Below, piece after piece: positions 8,949-18,156 of a stretch of DNA of 64,000 bases; within the stretch, counting starts at the first letter, position 1, and the number at the start of each line of letters is the position of its first letter. Source of the stretch: a virus (taxonomy: Duplodnaviria > Caudoviricetes); IMG/VR virus record IMGVR_UViG_3300033066_001396, positions 32,001 to 96,000 of that record; one strand, 5' to 3'. Below the pieces are notes generated by a model, which saw only the letters and a program-made list of their open reading frames with translations, searched no databases and was not told where the DNA came from. Made by a program: the position numbers and the translations under genes.

Positions 8949-9227
8949 ATGCCAGAAGAATATGGTTTTATAGCCCTTAGTAAAAATAACTGGAAGGGTA
9001 TTTCGTCTAATGAAAACATCAATACAGGCTGCCTACAAAGAATAGCCGCCGCCACAGAAATTATGGCAAGCAACTATCAAAGAATGGAAGCTGAGCGTGA
9101 CATGTATAAACGTTGGTATTATGACAGCCAGGAAAGGCATAAGGTCTTAAATAGAAAAGTAATCGCCTATCGGGGAGTAATTACTAAGCTTAAAAATATG
9201 TTGGTAGATGCTAAAGCAAAAAAATGA
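8949..9227 (+). CDS. hypothetical coiled-coil phage protein
   Basis: GCLQRIAAATEIMASNY followed by coiled coil. Confidence 0.65.
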   Translation: MPEEYGFIALSKNNWKGISSNENINTGCLQRIAAATEIMASNYQRMEAERDMYKRWYYDSQERHKVLNRKVIAYRGVITKLKNMLVDAKAKK

Positions 9228-9325
9228 ACACCAACGATATCACCATAAGTATTAACATCAATGCCGTCCGGTCTTCTTCCTTGATCATAAGATTAAAATA
9301 ATTTGTCAATGCAAATATATAAAAA

Positions 9326-9586
9326 ATGAGTGAAAATAAAATTTATCGAATAATGGCTGACGGAGCATATGTGGAGTTGACTCCCGGCAAACACGTACAT
9401 TCTGGATGTGGTTTTTTGGTTGAAAAGGTTGATAATAAAAATGGCAAGGTTGAAGTGTTTTCCGCCACTTACACTAACAGCCATGTTCAATATTCTGAAT
9501 CTACAGACAGAAAAACCTATGAGAAGAAAAAAAGGGAGATGCTAAAATTTATAAACAAACTTATTATGAGCAAATGTGCCCAGTAA
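9326..9586 (+). CDS. hypothetical protein
   Basis: Packed co-oriented ORF. Confidence 0.6.
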   Translation: MSENKIYRIMADGAYVELTPGKHVHSGCGFLVEKVDNKNGKVEVFSATYTNSHVQYSESTDRKTYEKKKREMLKFINKLIMSKCAQ

Positions 9587-9990
9587 ATAAAAAGCTATAC
9601 CCGGAAAACTGGGATTCTGAGCTGCGGCCAAGGGTGTTAGAGCGTGCCGGAAACTGTTGTGAGACATGCAAGGTTCCTAACTACCAAGTTGTATTTAGAG
9701 GCGTTATGGATGGTGTAGAGGTCTACCAGTATGCAACCGGTGAAATTTTTAACTCAGAGACCGGAGAATATATTGCCACGGATTTTTATGCAGACATAGT
9801 TCCGCTTTCCGGAGATCCCAACCAGGTTGCTATAAAAATTATTCTTACCATAAGCCACCAAAACCATGATGTCTCAGACAATAGAATGGAGAACTTAAAG
9901 GCACTTTGCCAACTTCACCATAACAGGCACGATGCTCAATACAGAGCCAACAACAGAAAGAGACGGCGGTGGCAGTTGGAAATGTTTTAA
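9574..9990 (+). CDS. HNH-like nuclease
   Basis: YPENW...RAGNCCETC...LTISHQNHDVSDNRMENLKALCQLHHNRHD. Confidence 0.8.
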   Translation: MCPVNKKLYPENWDSELRPRVLERAGNCCETCKVPNYQVVFRGVMDGVEVYQYATGEIFNSETGEYIATDFYADIVPLSGDPNQVAIKIILTISHQNHDVSDNRMENLKALCQLHHNRHDAQYRANNRKRRRWQLEMF

Positions 9991-9997
9991 TTTAATT

Positions 9998-10005
9998 TAT
10001 ATTTG
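9998..10005 (+). promoter_or_regulatory. Bacteroidota -7 element for tRNA-Met
   Basis: TATATTTG 3 nt before the tRNA 5' end. Confidence 0.65.
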
Positions 10006-10008
10006 TAT

Positions 10009-10084
10009 TGCGGAATGGAGAAGTTGGTATCTCGTAGGGCTCATACCTCTAAGATCGGTGGTTCAAGTCCATCTTCCGCTACCA
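10009..10084 (+). tRNA. tRNA-Met(CAT), initiator-like
   Basis: Cloverleaf: TGCGGAA/TTCCGCT acceptor with 1:72 mismatch, anticodon loop CTCATAC, GGTTCAAGTCC T-arm, encoded CCA. Confidence 0.92.
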
Positions 10085-10118
10085 TCATATTCATTTAAGG
10101 TTTTTTAGAATTTAGTTT

Positions 10119-10144
10119 GGGAGCTTGAAAAAGCTCCCTTTTTT
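10119..10144 (+). terminator. intrinsic terminator after the tRNA
   Basis: gggagctt/aagctccc stem plus T-run. Confidence 0.75.
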
Positions 10145-10290
10145 AAGCGTTTTTTTAATCATTTTTAAATATTTATCTTTATGCGATTAGCGGCAATTGA
10201 GTAGCTGCTAATCGCTTATGTGATAGCAGCATTTCTCCTTTCGTTTACCGGGGTTCCTATAATTTATTTTTACCCCAAAAATTAGAAAGC

Positions 10291-10319
10291 AAAAGGGACC
10301 TTTACCGGGTCCCTTTTTT
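10291..10319 (+). terminator. intrinsic terminator, possibly bidirectional
   Basis: aaaagggacc/ggtccctttt stem flanked by A- and T-runs. Confidence 0.7.
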
Positions 10320-10386
10320 ATTTCATATTTCAAAAATATATCTATATACACTTGTATTATATATACAAAGCTGTTATATTTGCATC

Positions 10387-10683
10387 ATGGAAGAGCAAAT
10401 AGTGGACATAAAAAGCGCAAGACGAGCCGTGCTTGTGTTGAGGGCTGTAAATCACAAGCTTAGGGGGCGCATTTTGCCTTTATTGCACGACAGGGATTTT
10501 ATGTCAGTCACAGATATATATATAGCTTTAAGGATAGAGCAGTCTGTGGCTTCGCAGCATTTGGGTATATTATTACGAGCAAGGCTTATCACAAGTCAAA
10601 GGAGTGGCAAGTTTGTATACTACTCGATCGACAAAAAAAGGCTGGCAGAAGTTGAGTCACTTATTAATAAGATGCAAGGATGA
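10387..10683 (+). CDS. ArsR/SmtB-family transcriptional regulator
   Basis: LRAVNHKLR..IL...MSVTDIY..LRIEQSVASQHLGIL...R.GKFVYYS; TATATTTG at 10375-10382. Confidence 0.9.
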   Translation: MEEQIVDIKSARRAVLVLRAVNHKLRGRILPLLHDRDFMSVTDIYIALRIEQSVASQHLGILLRARLITSQRSGKFVYYSIDKKRLAEVESLINKMQG

Positions 10684-11678
10684 TTTGTATTACACACGGA
10701 AGAGATTTAGATGGTTGGGCCAGCGGAGCTATTGTCAAGCATAAATATCCTCAATGCAAGATTATTGAATGGGACTATGGGCAGCCTATTCCCTGGGAAA
10801 GCATTCCTTTTGGGGAACATGTTTTTATGACCGACATAAGTTTTCCAATGGAGGATATGCAACATTTGTCAGGGAGATGCGGGCTTACGTGGATTGATCA
10901 CCATATTTCCGCTATAAATCAATACAACCTATATCATAATTTTTCCTGCAGGGCCTTGCTGGATACCACCATTTCTGCCTGTGAAGCTACATGGAAGCAT
11001 TTATTTCCCGACAAGGGTGTCCCGGTTGCCATACAGTTGCTTGGAGAATACGATACATGGCGATATTCCGATACTCCTCGCTGGGAAGAAATAATATTGC
11101 CGTTTCAGTATGGAATGAGACTTCGGTGTAGTTCGGTTGACACATTTGATTCTTTTCTATTTAACGACGCACCCTTAAACAGATTATTAACATCGGATGA
11201 CGAGATATCATTAATAATAGAAGAAGGCAAAACCGTAATAAAATATCAAAGACAAATCGACCAAGTTCAATGTAAAAAGGCCTGGGTAACACAGTTTTTT
11301 GGTTTTAGGGCATTGGTAATGAATGGAAGCCAATTTAGTTCCCTTTCCTTTAAATCGGTATATGATGAAAGCCTTCATGACATTATGATGGTGTTTCAAT
11401 ATAATGGCGCCATTGATAAGTGGGTTTTTAGTATATATACCACCAATGACATTGACTGCTCGGCAATAGCTAAAGCAATGGGTGGAGGAGGGCACGCAAA
11501 GGCCGCAGGTTTTGAACTAGATAATGCTTCCTTTGTTAGTTTGGATGTTTTTCATCGACAGGAGACATCCATATCCAGAGAACAGTTTATAAAAAAGTGG
11601 GGAAACTGTAGCGATAACGACTACGGTGGGGAAGAAGATTTTATTAAGGATCTTGACCTATTAATTAAAAGTAAATGA
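10680..11678 (+). CDS. DHH/DHHA1 phosphoesterase
   Basis: H..DLDG, TD, WIDHH, GGGGHAKAAGF motifs. Confidence 0.92.
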   Translation: MICITHGRDLDGWASGAIVKHKYPQCKIIEWDYGQPIPWESIPFGEHVFMTDISFPMEDMQHLSGRCGLTWIDHHISAINQYNLYHNFSCRALLDTTISACEATWKHLFPDKGVPVAIQLLGEYDTWRYSDTPRWEEIILPFQYGMRLRCSSVDTFDSFLFNDAPLNRLLTSDDEISLIIEEGKTVIKYQRQIDQVQCKKAWVTQFFGFRALVMNGSQFSSLSFKSVYDESLHDIMMVFQYNGAIDKWVFSIYTTNDIDCSAIAKAMGGGGHAKAAGFELDNASFVSLDVFHRQETSISREQFIKKWGNCSDNDYGGEEDFIKDLDLLIKSK

Positions 11679-11902
11679 GTCTTGTTTCTGTACTAATTAA
11701 ACAGTTTAAGGATTTATTCAAGCGCAAAGAGCCTGTGCCGGGAAGCAAGCGCTGGTGTCGGAAAACGAAGAGGATGCTTAAAAAAAAGTATCCCAGGGGA
11801 ACAGACATGAGGGGATTGAAAATATATTATGACTATTACTTTATGTTTCAGAAAACAAAAGAGGATAGGTTGGCTGAAATCTATAAAAACAAAACAATAT
11901 GA
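11675..11902 (+). CDS. hypothetical basic protein
   Basis: ATGA-coupled on both sides. Confidence 0.6.
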   Translation: MSLVSVLIKQFKDLFKRKEPVPGSKRWCRKTKRMLKKKYPRGTDMRGLKIYYDYYFMFQKTKEDRLAEIYKNKTI

Positions 11903-12480
11903 TTGCTGATAAGGAAATAAAGTCATTGGGGTGGATACCACTGGTTTCTCACGGAGAAATCGTCAAAATGTATGTAATTGGATCTTTTGTTTTGGTAGCT
12001 ACAAAACAACATGTGGTTATTACGCAGAACGACAAAGGGAATCCATCTACAGTGTATAAGAGCGATGATGCTGACTGTTTTAGGATTAAGATAGTAATGC
12101 GGCATTTAAAAATACCAATTAATGGATCTTTAGACCCAATAGTGACGGCAACGGATACGCCAAGACAAGGAGAACCACTTGCTGAGACTCCAATAAAACC
12201 AACTGATGAGGTAAGGCCAAAACATGTATTTGATCGGTTTAGGGGAACTTATATAAAAGACCTGGGCCATATGGTTTTGGAGTGCAAAATATCTCTGTAT
12301 AGTTTAGTGGATCCAAAATTGTCACTTGAAATATCTTCCTACAGGGTAGGGGAAAAGGGAATTGTTATAGATAATAATGGCTGTCCAAAAGAAACATATT
12401 CTAACATTTCTTTTGTCATAGGCGTAGACCAGGCGGTGGAGGCATATTTTTTGGCTTTCCAAAAAACTCACTTGCTATGA
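11899..12480 (+). CDS. hypothetical protein
   Basis: ATGA-coupled ORF. Confidence 0.65.
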   Translation: MIADKEIKSLGWIPLVSHGEIVKMYVIGSFVLVATKQHVVITQNDKGNPSTVYKSDDADCFRIKIVMRHLKIPINGSLDPIVTATDTPRQGEPLAETPIKPTDEVRPKHVFDRFRGTYIKDLGHMVLECKISLYSLVDPKLSLEISSYRVGEKGIVIDNNGCPKETYSNISFVIGVDQAVEAYFLAFQKTHLL

Positions 12481-13232
12481 AAGTAGTAATAGAATGTCTT
12501 GATGGAGGTGAAATAGTATCAGACTATTGCTTTAAGGGGTGTCTCGGTGCAAGAAATGCTGGACATGATGTGATATTGATGCCTTTGTCGCAATTATCGA
12601 TGGTTAAAGACAGATCTTTTTTAAAGGATGTAATGCCTATTGGATCTATAATGTATATGACTTGGTTTTTTAATTACGTTCATAACATGGAGGTTCCGGC
12701 GCCCTTAAAAGTTCATAAGGTCCCTGGCTTGTTTGATCTGAATTGGGCGGAAGTAGAGACTAAGGATAAAATACGATATCCATCGTTTGTCAAGCCGCTG
12801 AATGACATAAAAAAGTTCGCTGGTTTTGTAGCTAAGTCAATCGAAGATTTTGACTTATATCCTGAATTAAATGGCTGGGATGGACCATATTTCTGCTGTG
12901 AACCTAGGCGTTGTAATATTGATTCAGAGTGGAGAATATTTTATCACAGAGGAAAGATTGTAAACGTAAGTCATTATCGTGGAGATCCTATTGTTCTTCC
13001 AAATGATTTGTGGGGATCTGCCGGTGCCTTTACCAGGGATATTAATGATAACATAGAATCTTTGCCATTGGCCTTTACGGTTGACGTAGGCGTCGATATG
13101 GAGCAGGAATATACCTTTCCAATTGAGCTTAATGATATGTGGGCTATTGGTCCGTATGGATGTCCAGAGGACGTTTATTTTAAAATGCTTAAAGATCGTT
13201 GGTTTGAAATTTTAAAAGGAGATAAGATATGA
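12477..13232 (+). CDS. ATP-grasp domain protein (DUF4343/R2K-like)
   Basis: FVKP...KKFAGFV, SEWRIF, FTVDVG, IELNDMWAIGPYG. Confidence 0.85.
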   Translation: MKVVIECLDGGEIVSDYCFKGCLGARNAGHDVILMPLSQLSMVKDRSFLKDVMPIGSIMYMTWFFNYVHNMEVPAPLKVHKVPGLFDLNWAEVETKDKIRYPSFVKPLNDIKKFAGFVAKSIEDFDLYPELNGWDGPYFCCEPRRCNIDSEWRIFYHRGKIVNVSHYRGDPIVLPNDLWGSAGAFTRDINDNIESLPLAFTVDVGVDMEQEYTFPIELNDMWAIGPYGCPEDVYFKMLKDRWFEILKGDKI

Positions 13233-13606
13233 CGATATACTTGGATTTTGACGGAACAGTAGTTCATCATGCTTATCCTAAAATAGGTAAGTATAATGAA
13301 GGGTGCCAGGAGGTTCTTAATAAGCTTCAGATGGCCGGTCACAACATTATACTAAACACACGCCGGGTGGAATTTAATGACGGATCGCTGGAGGCGGCAC
13401 TCGTATACTTGACCGAACTAAATCTTCAACGGCCCATCGTTGAGTTCTCCAAGACAAAAATTGATCCTGGGTTCTGGAAGCGCATGAAGGATGAAAACAT
13501 TTTGTTTATCGATGATGAGTGTATAGGAATTCCCGTAATAACCAATCCGTTCCGGGTTGACTGGCATGAGATTGACAAACAACTTACACAAGAAAAAATC
13601 ATTTAA
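13229..13606 (+). CDS. HAD-superfamily phosphatase-like protein
   Basis: IYLDFDGTVV, IILNTRR, LFIDD. Confidence 0.85.
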   Translation: MTIYLDFDGTVVHHAYPKIGKYNEGCQEVLNKLQMAGHNIILNTRRVEFNDGSLEAALVYLTELNLQRPIVEFSKTKIDPGFWKRMKDENILFIDDECIGIPVITNPFRVDWHEIDKQLTQEKII

Positions 13607-13616
13607 GAAAACTACC

Positions 13617-14282
13617 ATGATATCAACAATCCTACTTCCGTTATTTCTCTTTTTCAAGGAGTTCCGCCAACCGGAAGGTAACACGTTCGTTAATTACCGG
13701 GTTGAGACCGGAGACATGTTTTACGATTCAGGAGGGAAAGACGGAAACTACCTCAACTGCGATGCCCCTGGCGACCGATGTTTGTCTACGGCCCACATTT
13801 GCGGAGCGGGAGTTGTCAGCATAGTGATAAATAAGCTTAGCATATTCCCGTCAATTGGCGGAGACAACCTGATCATATACTCTGGGCTGGAAGAACTTTA
13901 CAACAATCTAAAAGATGCTTCGCCGGTGGGGAAAACCATTACAAGCCGTGCGCCGGACGGATGCCTTACTATTACTTTTATGGCTACTTCATTAAATAAC
14001 AGTTATGGGTGGGAGGCCACGTTTTTGGTTACCACGCCTACGGTAATACAGACAGAGCCGTGCCGGTATACATGCAGGGCCAATGCAGAAGTGTCTCTAC
14101 CCATAACCTACCAGGATCTTGTCATGAACCCAACCCCTGGCTGTAACTATGATCTGACCTTTCTTGACGTAGCCGGAAACATGGTCGATCAGAGAAGCTT
14201 AAAGCCAGGGCAGACATTCACCTATAAAGCCGGAGATACCAACGTTAATTATTGCTGGGGACACGTAAAAATCAAACCATAA
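13617..14282 (+). CDS. CUB-domain exported protein (start revised to 13617)
   Basis: Hydrophobic N-terminus; FYDSGGKDGNY...DNLIIYSG...GCLTITF...GWEA. Confidence 0.75.
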   Translation: MISTILLPLFLFFKEFRQPEGNTFVNYRVETGDMFYDSGGKDGNYLNCDAPGDRCLSTAHICGAGVVSIVINKLSIFPSIGGDNLIIYSGLEELYNNLKDASPVGKTITSRAPDGCLTITFMATSLNNSYGWEATFLVTTPTVIQTEPCRYTCRANAEVSLPITYQDLVMNPTPGCNYDLTFLDVAGNMVDQRSLKPGQTFTYKAGDTNVNYCWGHVKIKP

Positions 14283-14285
14283 TAT

Positions 14286-14597
14286 ATGAAAGTATTATTA
14301 GAAGGCCACCGCTACATAGCGGCCAATTTTGAAAACCCAGACCATGGTCAGGTTATTCAGTTCATACACAAAGAGCCCATAGTTGCAGGGCAACCGGAAT
14401 TAGAAACCCTGAGTGATGGTACTACCAATGAAGAATTGTTGGCTGTGCTTATCGACAGGATCCAGTATCTTAATAAAAAATTCCCAAGCAGGGAAAATAG
14501 CATTGTGATCACAAAGCTCGAGGAGAGCCTTATGTGGTTGAATAAGAGGACTGCAGATCGTAAGAGTAGAAATGTTGAAGGCAAGGCAATGGTGTAG
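14286..14597 (+). CDS. Tad1/Acb2-like anti-defence nucleotide sponge
   Basis: IQF...GTTNEELLAVLIDRI...FPSRENSIVITKLEESLMWLNKRTADRKSRNVEG matches the Tad1 C-terminal helical hairpin pattern. Confidence 0.8.
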   Translation: MKVLLEGHRYIAANFENPDHGQVIQFIHKEPIVAGQPELETLSDGTTNEELLAVLIDRIQYLNKKFPSRENSIVITKLEESLMWLNKRTADRKSRNVEGKAMV

Positions 14598-14600
14598 ACG

Positions 14601-14629
14601 AAGGCCGCGCTCCCTCAGCGGCCTTTTTT
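14601..14629 (+). terminator. intrinsic terminator
   Basis: aaggccgc/gcggcctt stem plus T-run. Confidence 0.75.
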
Positions 14630-14641
14630 AAACTTTGAAAC

Positions 14642-15106
14642 ATGATAAGAGTTACAAAAAATCTTTATGTAGGAGACAAGAGCGAATACGCTAATGCTGT
14701 AGAGCATGGCGCCGCGATCGTGTGTGCTATGAATAACGGTGCAGGGAACTCATACCAGTCCAAAGTAGGCAAAAAAACTCCTGACCATCCAGACTACTTG
14801 TACAAGGAGGTGGGTAATGAGATTTACCTTAACATGATTGACGGCAAAGATCCTAAATATGTTCACGATGATATGATCGATGCCGCAGTGCGTTTTATTG
14901 ATCGGAAGATAAAGGATCAGAATGTTTTTATCTATTGCTCCAAGGGAGAGTCCAGGGCTCCCTCGCTGGCCATGATATACATGATGGACAAGGGGTTAAT
15001 CGCCAAAGACCGAACTGGAATAATGGAGTTTCACAGATTGTATCCTGGATATTTGCCAGGTGAGGGAATTAAAAAATATATCACTCATAGATATGGATTG
15101 AAATGA
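14642..15106 (+). CDS. dual-specificity/tyrosine phosphatase family protein
   Basis: NLYVG...VFIYCSKGESRAPS (CX5R). Confidence 0.85.
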   Translation: MIRVTKNLYVGDKSEYANAVEHGAAIVCAMNNGAGNSYQSKVGKKTPDHPDYLYKEVGNEIYLNMIDGKDPKYVHDDMIDAAVRFIDRKIKDQNVFIYCSKGESRAPSLAMIYMMDKGLIAKDRTGIMEFHRLYPGYLPGEGIKKYITHRYGLK

Positions 15107-15336
15107 GCAATACAGTTAAAGAACTATTATACTGGATTGAACAAAATCCGCCGAAGGCAGAAGATTATGACTATACCATGATAGCCGGTGGAAAGTTTAT
15201 AGCAACCTACCAGGACTCGGTTCGAAGAAATAGTGGCATGTCAGATGACTTAGTTAAAGCACTAAGAGAGGCGGAAGGAATACCCGAAGGTGCCTATCAA
15301 TTCAAGTTGGTGGACATAATGAAAATAAGAAAATGA
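15103..15336 (+). CDS. hypothetical protein
   Basis: ATGA-coupled ORF. Confidence 0.6.
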   Translation: MSNTVKELLYWIEQNPPKAEDYDYTMIAGGKFIATYQDSVRRNSGMSDDLVKALREAEGIPEGAYQFKLVDIMKIRK

Positions 15337-15800
15337 CCCAACCCGAACTAATACGATCGAAGTATTCAGAAACAGGCCAGCGCCTAATGCTGTGTGATTT
15401 TTGGGATACCAGCAGGACGAACATTTTGTTCATTGACCTTGTTCCTCCTAACGAAGAAAGAGAAAAGTACTTTACGGACATTGCTAAGTCACATAAGTTT
15501 GGGGGAATATACCTATGCAGTGTTTTCCCCTGTATGATTGATAGTCCCTCAGACGATCAGCTTATAGCCTCCGGCAGCGCAGAAAACGACATGACCATTA
15601 TGCAGAGTTCTCTTAAATGCAGTACTGTGGTATTTGCCTGGGATAGCACATTGCCACAGACTACGGGACGAGACCTTGAGCTTTTTAAAATTATAAAATA
15701 CGCCCCGACAATGTATCATTCGAAAATAAAGATACTTAAGCGGCAAACAGATTTATTGTCTCGTGGGCCATTGTTATTACCTTATCCAGAAAATAAATAA
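15333..15800 (+). CDS. DUF1643-like protein (divergent)
   Basis: W...ILFI.L.P...FGGIYLCSVF...END......VVFAW. Confidence 0.6.
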   Translation: MTQPELIRSKYSETGQRLMLCDFWDTSRTNILFIDLVPPNEEREKYFTDIAKSHKFGGIYLCSVFPCMIDSPSDDQLIASGSAENDMTIMQSSLKCSTVVFAWDSTLPQTTGRDLELFKIIKYAPTMYHSKIKILKRQTDLLSRGPLLLPYPENK

Positions 15801-15822
15801 TCAAACTAAAAACGATACAATT

Positions 15823-16254
15823 ATGTGGAAAAAAATAAACATAAATAAATTACCTGATGGGGTGGTTATTGCCAGACGAGGATCGCTAGCTCGTAGTGGA
15901 TATTTAAAAACAGTTCCTGATGGAATGATTTTGCTAGTATCTGAATACGGCAGAGAGGTTCTTATTGAATGGCCGGAATGGTATATAAAGATATTTGATT
16001 TGCTAGAATTGCCTTTTGAGGCATCTGCAAAAGATATCTTGACCAAGGAAATTGCCAACAGCGCCTCCGGATTTAATGGAGTTATAGTCCACCCTAAGCT
16101 AGCAGACCGGCTTATTGAAGAAGGGGCTATTGTATCAAATGTATCGCCTGTTAATGGTTATTTGTTTCCTATAGAAACCCGGACTGGATTGGTACACCAC
16201 AAAATCTATGTATCTTCAGACAACATGGAGCCAGAGCAGGTTATTGTTTTTTAA
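15823..16254 (+). CDS. hypothetical protein (start revised)
   Basis: MWKKININKLP after an A-rich leader. Confidence 0.6.
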   Translation: MWKKININKLPDGVVIARRGSLARSGYLKTVPDGMILLVSEYGREVLIEWPEWYIKIFDLLELPFEASAKDILTKEIANSASGFNGVIVHPKLADRLIEEGAIVSNVSPVNGYLFPIETRTGLVHHKIYVSSDNMEPEQVIVF

Positions 16255-16274
16255 TTTATAAATTATACTCAAAG

Positions 16275-16610
16275 ATGAACTGTTTAGCATATGCGTTAAG
16301 GTTTTGGAGCGAGAACCCCAATTATAAATTGTGGTATAATAGCAATCATGTTATCAACATTCCAATTGGGCTCGATGCTACTTTTACTCATAATTCAGAA
16401 TATCCTTACGCTATAGCCTACTCGCCAGCTGAGCAATGGGGATACAATTACTTTGCCAGCGCCTTCAAGGGGTTGTTGGATAAAGACGAAATGGAGTTGT
16501 TAAAGAAATATTTTAAGAAAAAAGACCCTATTGAAATAGTCGCAGAGGCCATTATGGCTAGCGATGGAGACTGCCTATTAGAACCCTATCCATTTTTGTC
16601 AGCAAGGTAA
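16275..16610 (+). CDS. hypothetical protein
   Basis: Co-oriented ORF. Confidence 0.6.
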   Translation: MNCLAYALRFWSENPNYKLWYNSNHVINIPIGLDATFTHNSEYPYAIAYSPAEQWGYNYFASAFKGLLDKDEMELLKKYFKKKDPIEIVAEAIMASDGDCLLEPYPFLSAR

Positions 16611-16673
16611 GCATGGAAGAGGATCGGATTATTGTTTTCACTATTCCTAAAATCAAATAAAATTTAAAACTAT

Positions 16674-16946
16674 ATGAATAATTTAGATTTGCAAAAGGAA
16701 TTAAGCTTTGAAGAAGTACAGCGCTTCTTTTCTAAATGTAGCGAATATGAAGTGTCGAAAAATGACGACAATACAATTAAGTTAAACCTTAAATTCTTAA
16801 AGTCAGTTACTTATAATCCAACGACTAAAGAGCATACTCATGAATATCACAATATTGACACATTGTTATATAGACCAACATTGCAAACATTGATAAGAGA
16901 CATAAATGGTCTTGGATATCGTAGCCATGCCATCAAACCTAAATAA
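16674..16946 (+). CDS. hypothetical protein
   Basis: Co-oriented ORF. Confidence 0.6.
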   Translation: MNNLDLQKELSFEEVQRFFSKCSEYEVSKNDDNTIKLNLKFLKSVTYNPTTKEHTHEYHNIDTLLYRPTLQTLIRDINGLGYRSHAIKPK

Positions 16947-16981
16947 CAATCATTCACTCACATCAAAAATCAAACAAAATC

Positions 16982-17410
16982 ATGTCAAAAAACTTTTTAC
17001 CAGACTATTCGGATGCAGATCGGTTGCAGATACTAAAAGAAACGTCCGATCACATTGAAGAAACTACCTATTATCGTGATTTATCTGAACACGACATTGA
17101 TGTCAAGAACGAGTCCTTTGTGGCCAATTGTATTGAGATATCAAAGCACGACGCAGAACTCAGCAAAGCAAAGCTGGTCCACAAAACAAATACCAAACCA
17201 TTAGCAGCCATTAACGCAGTGCTGTTAGAGGAGATCAGCACCAGGAAAGAAATGGCTAAAGGGCTATTGTTCGGCATTGCCGACCATGAACTGGGCGTAA
17301 TGAATACTTTTGACGAAAAAGGAGAGTTTATTTCATCCCGTAGACTTCGTCCTGACGAAAGACAGACCAGGATGGTTGTTCATCCAGGATTGAAAGCCGT
17401 TAACGATTAA
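16982..17410 (+). CDS. conserved phage protein, partner of the downstream DUF2303-like gene
   Basis: GEFISSRRLRPDERQ tail; adjacent to 17439. Confidence 0.65.
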   Translation: MSKNFLPDYSDADRLQILKETSDHIEETTYYRDLSEHDIDVKNESFVANCIEISKHDAELSKAKLVHKTNTKPLAAINAVLLEEISTRKEMAKGLLFGIADHELGVMNTFDEKGEFISSRRLRPDERQTRMVVHPGLKAVND

Positions 17411-17438
17411 TTTTATTTCACTAATTAAATAATAGTTT

Positions 17439-18152
17439 ATGCCAGAGCAAGTATTTCATATCAATGACGAGACCAGGCACCTCATTATCACCAACCGCAA
17501 AGGGTTAGATGAGGAAACTCCATATTCGTTTCACCAGATCGGTAGGATTGACAGCGTTTCGAGATTTATTAATTGGAGCCCGGAAAAAATTTCAGGAAAG
17601 CAGGCGCCTACTATTAACTCAATTATAGAGGTCTATCCAGATAAGGGATCAATAATTCTAATCATAGACCCTAACGATCGTTATGGGAACAAGGTTACCG
17701 GATCATTGGAATCGGCTCCCGATCTGGATCAATTTAAGATCAACACCAACAAGAAGTATGATAGAAACGATTTACTAAAACTTATTCGATTCAACTCATA
17801 TCGTATAGATAACGCAAAACGGCTTATCGAGGAACTGCAAAAACTCAATATCAGTGCCAGTATTCAGTCTAAAAACCAAAAAGACCAAAGGGGTAATGTA
17901 GATAAACTTTTTTCTAAGAACATAGTTTCTGAGATACCAGAGTCGTTTGTAATTACTATGCCGGTTTTTAAATCGATGCCGGCAGAAAAGTTCCGGGTAG
18001 ACATCGTCATGGAGGCTACGGATTCGTCTGTGGAGTTCTGGCTTGAGTCGGTAGAGCTACACCAGTTGATTGAAACGCGCAGGGCCGAAATCCTGGACGA
18101 AGAAGTTAAAAAAATTGAGGAAAGTGGATTCCTCGTCATCTATAAAAACTAA
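17439..18152 (+). CDS. DUF2303/YfdQ-like protein
   Basis: IPESFVITMPVFK...F; size and pairing resemble the family. Confidence 0.5.
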   Translation: MPEQVFHINDETRHLIITNRKGLDEETPYSFHQIGRIDSVSRFINWSPEKISGKQAPTINSIIEVYPDKGSIILIIDPNDRYGNKVTGSLESAPDLDQFKINTNKKYDRNDLLKLIRFNSYRIDNAKRLIEELQKLNISASIQSKNQKDQRGNVDKLFSKNIVSEIPESFVITMPVFKSMPAEKFRVDIVMEATDSSVEFWLESVELHQLIETRRAEILDEEVKKIEESGFLVIYKN

Positions 18153-18156
18153 TAAA

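Noticed and set aside
10179-10240. Shine-Dalgarno-led 17-aa minus-strand ORF over a 12-bp inverted repeat
   Set aside because: Bacteroidota rarely use SD sequences and the peptide is featureless; the hairpin lacks AAC/GTT boxes so it is not a cassette site either.
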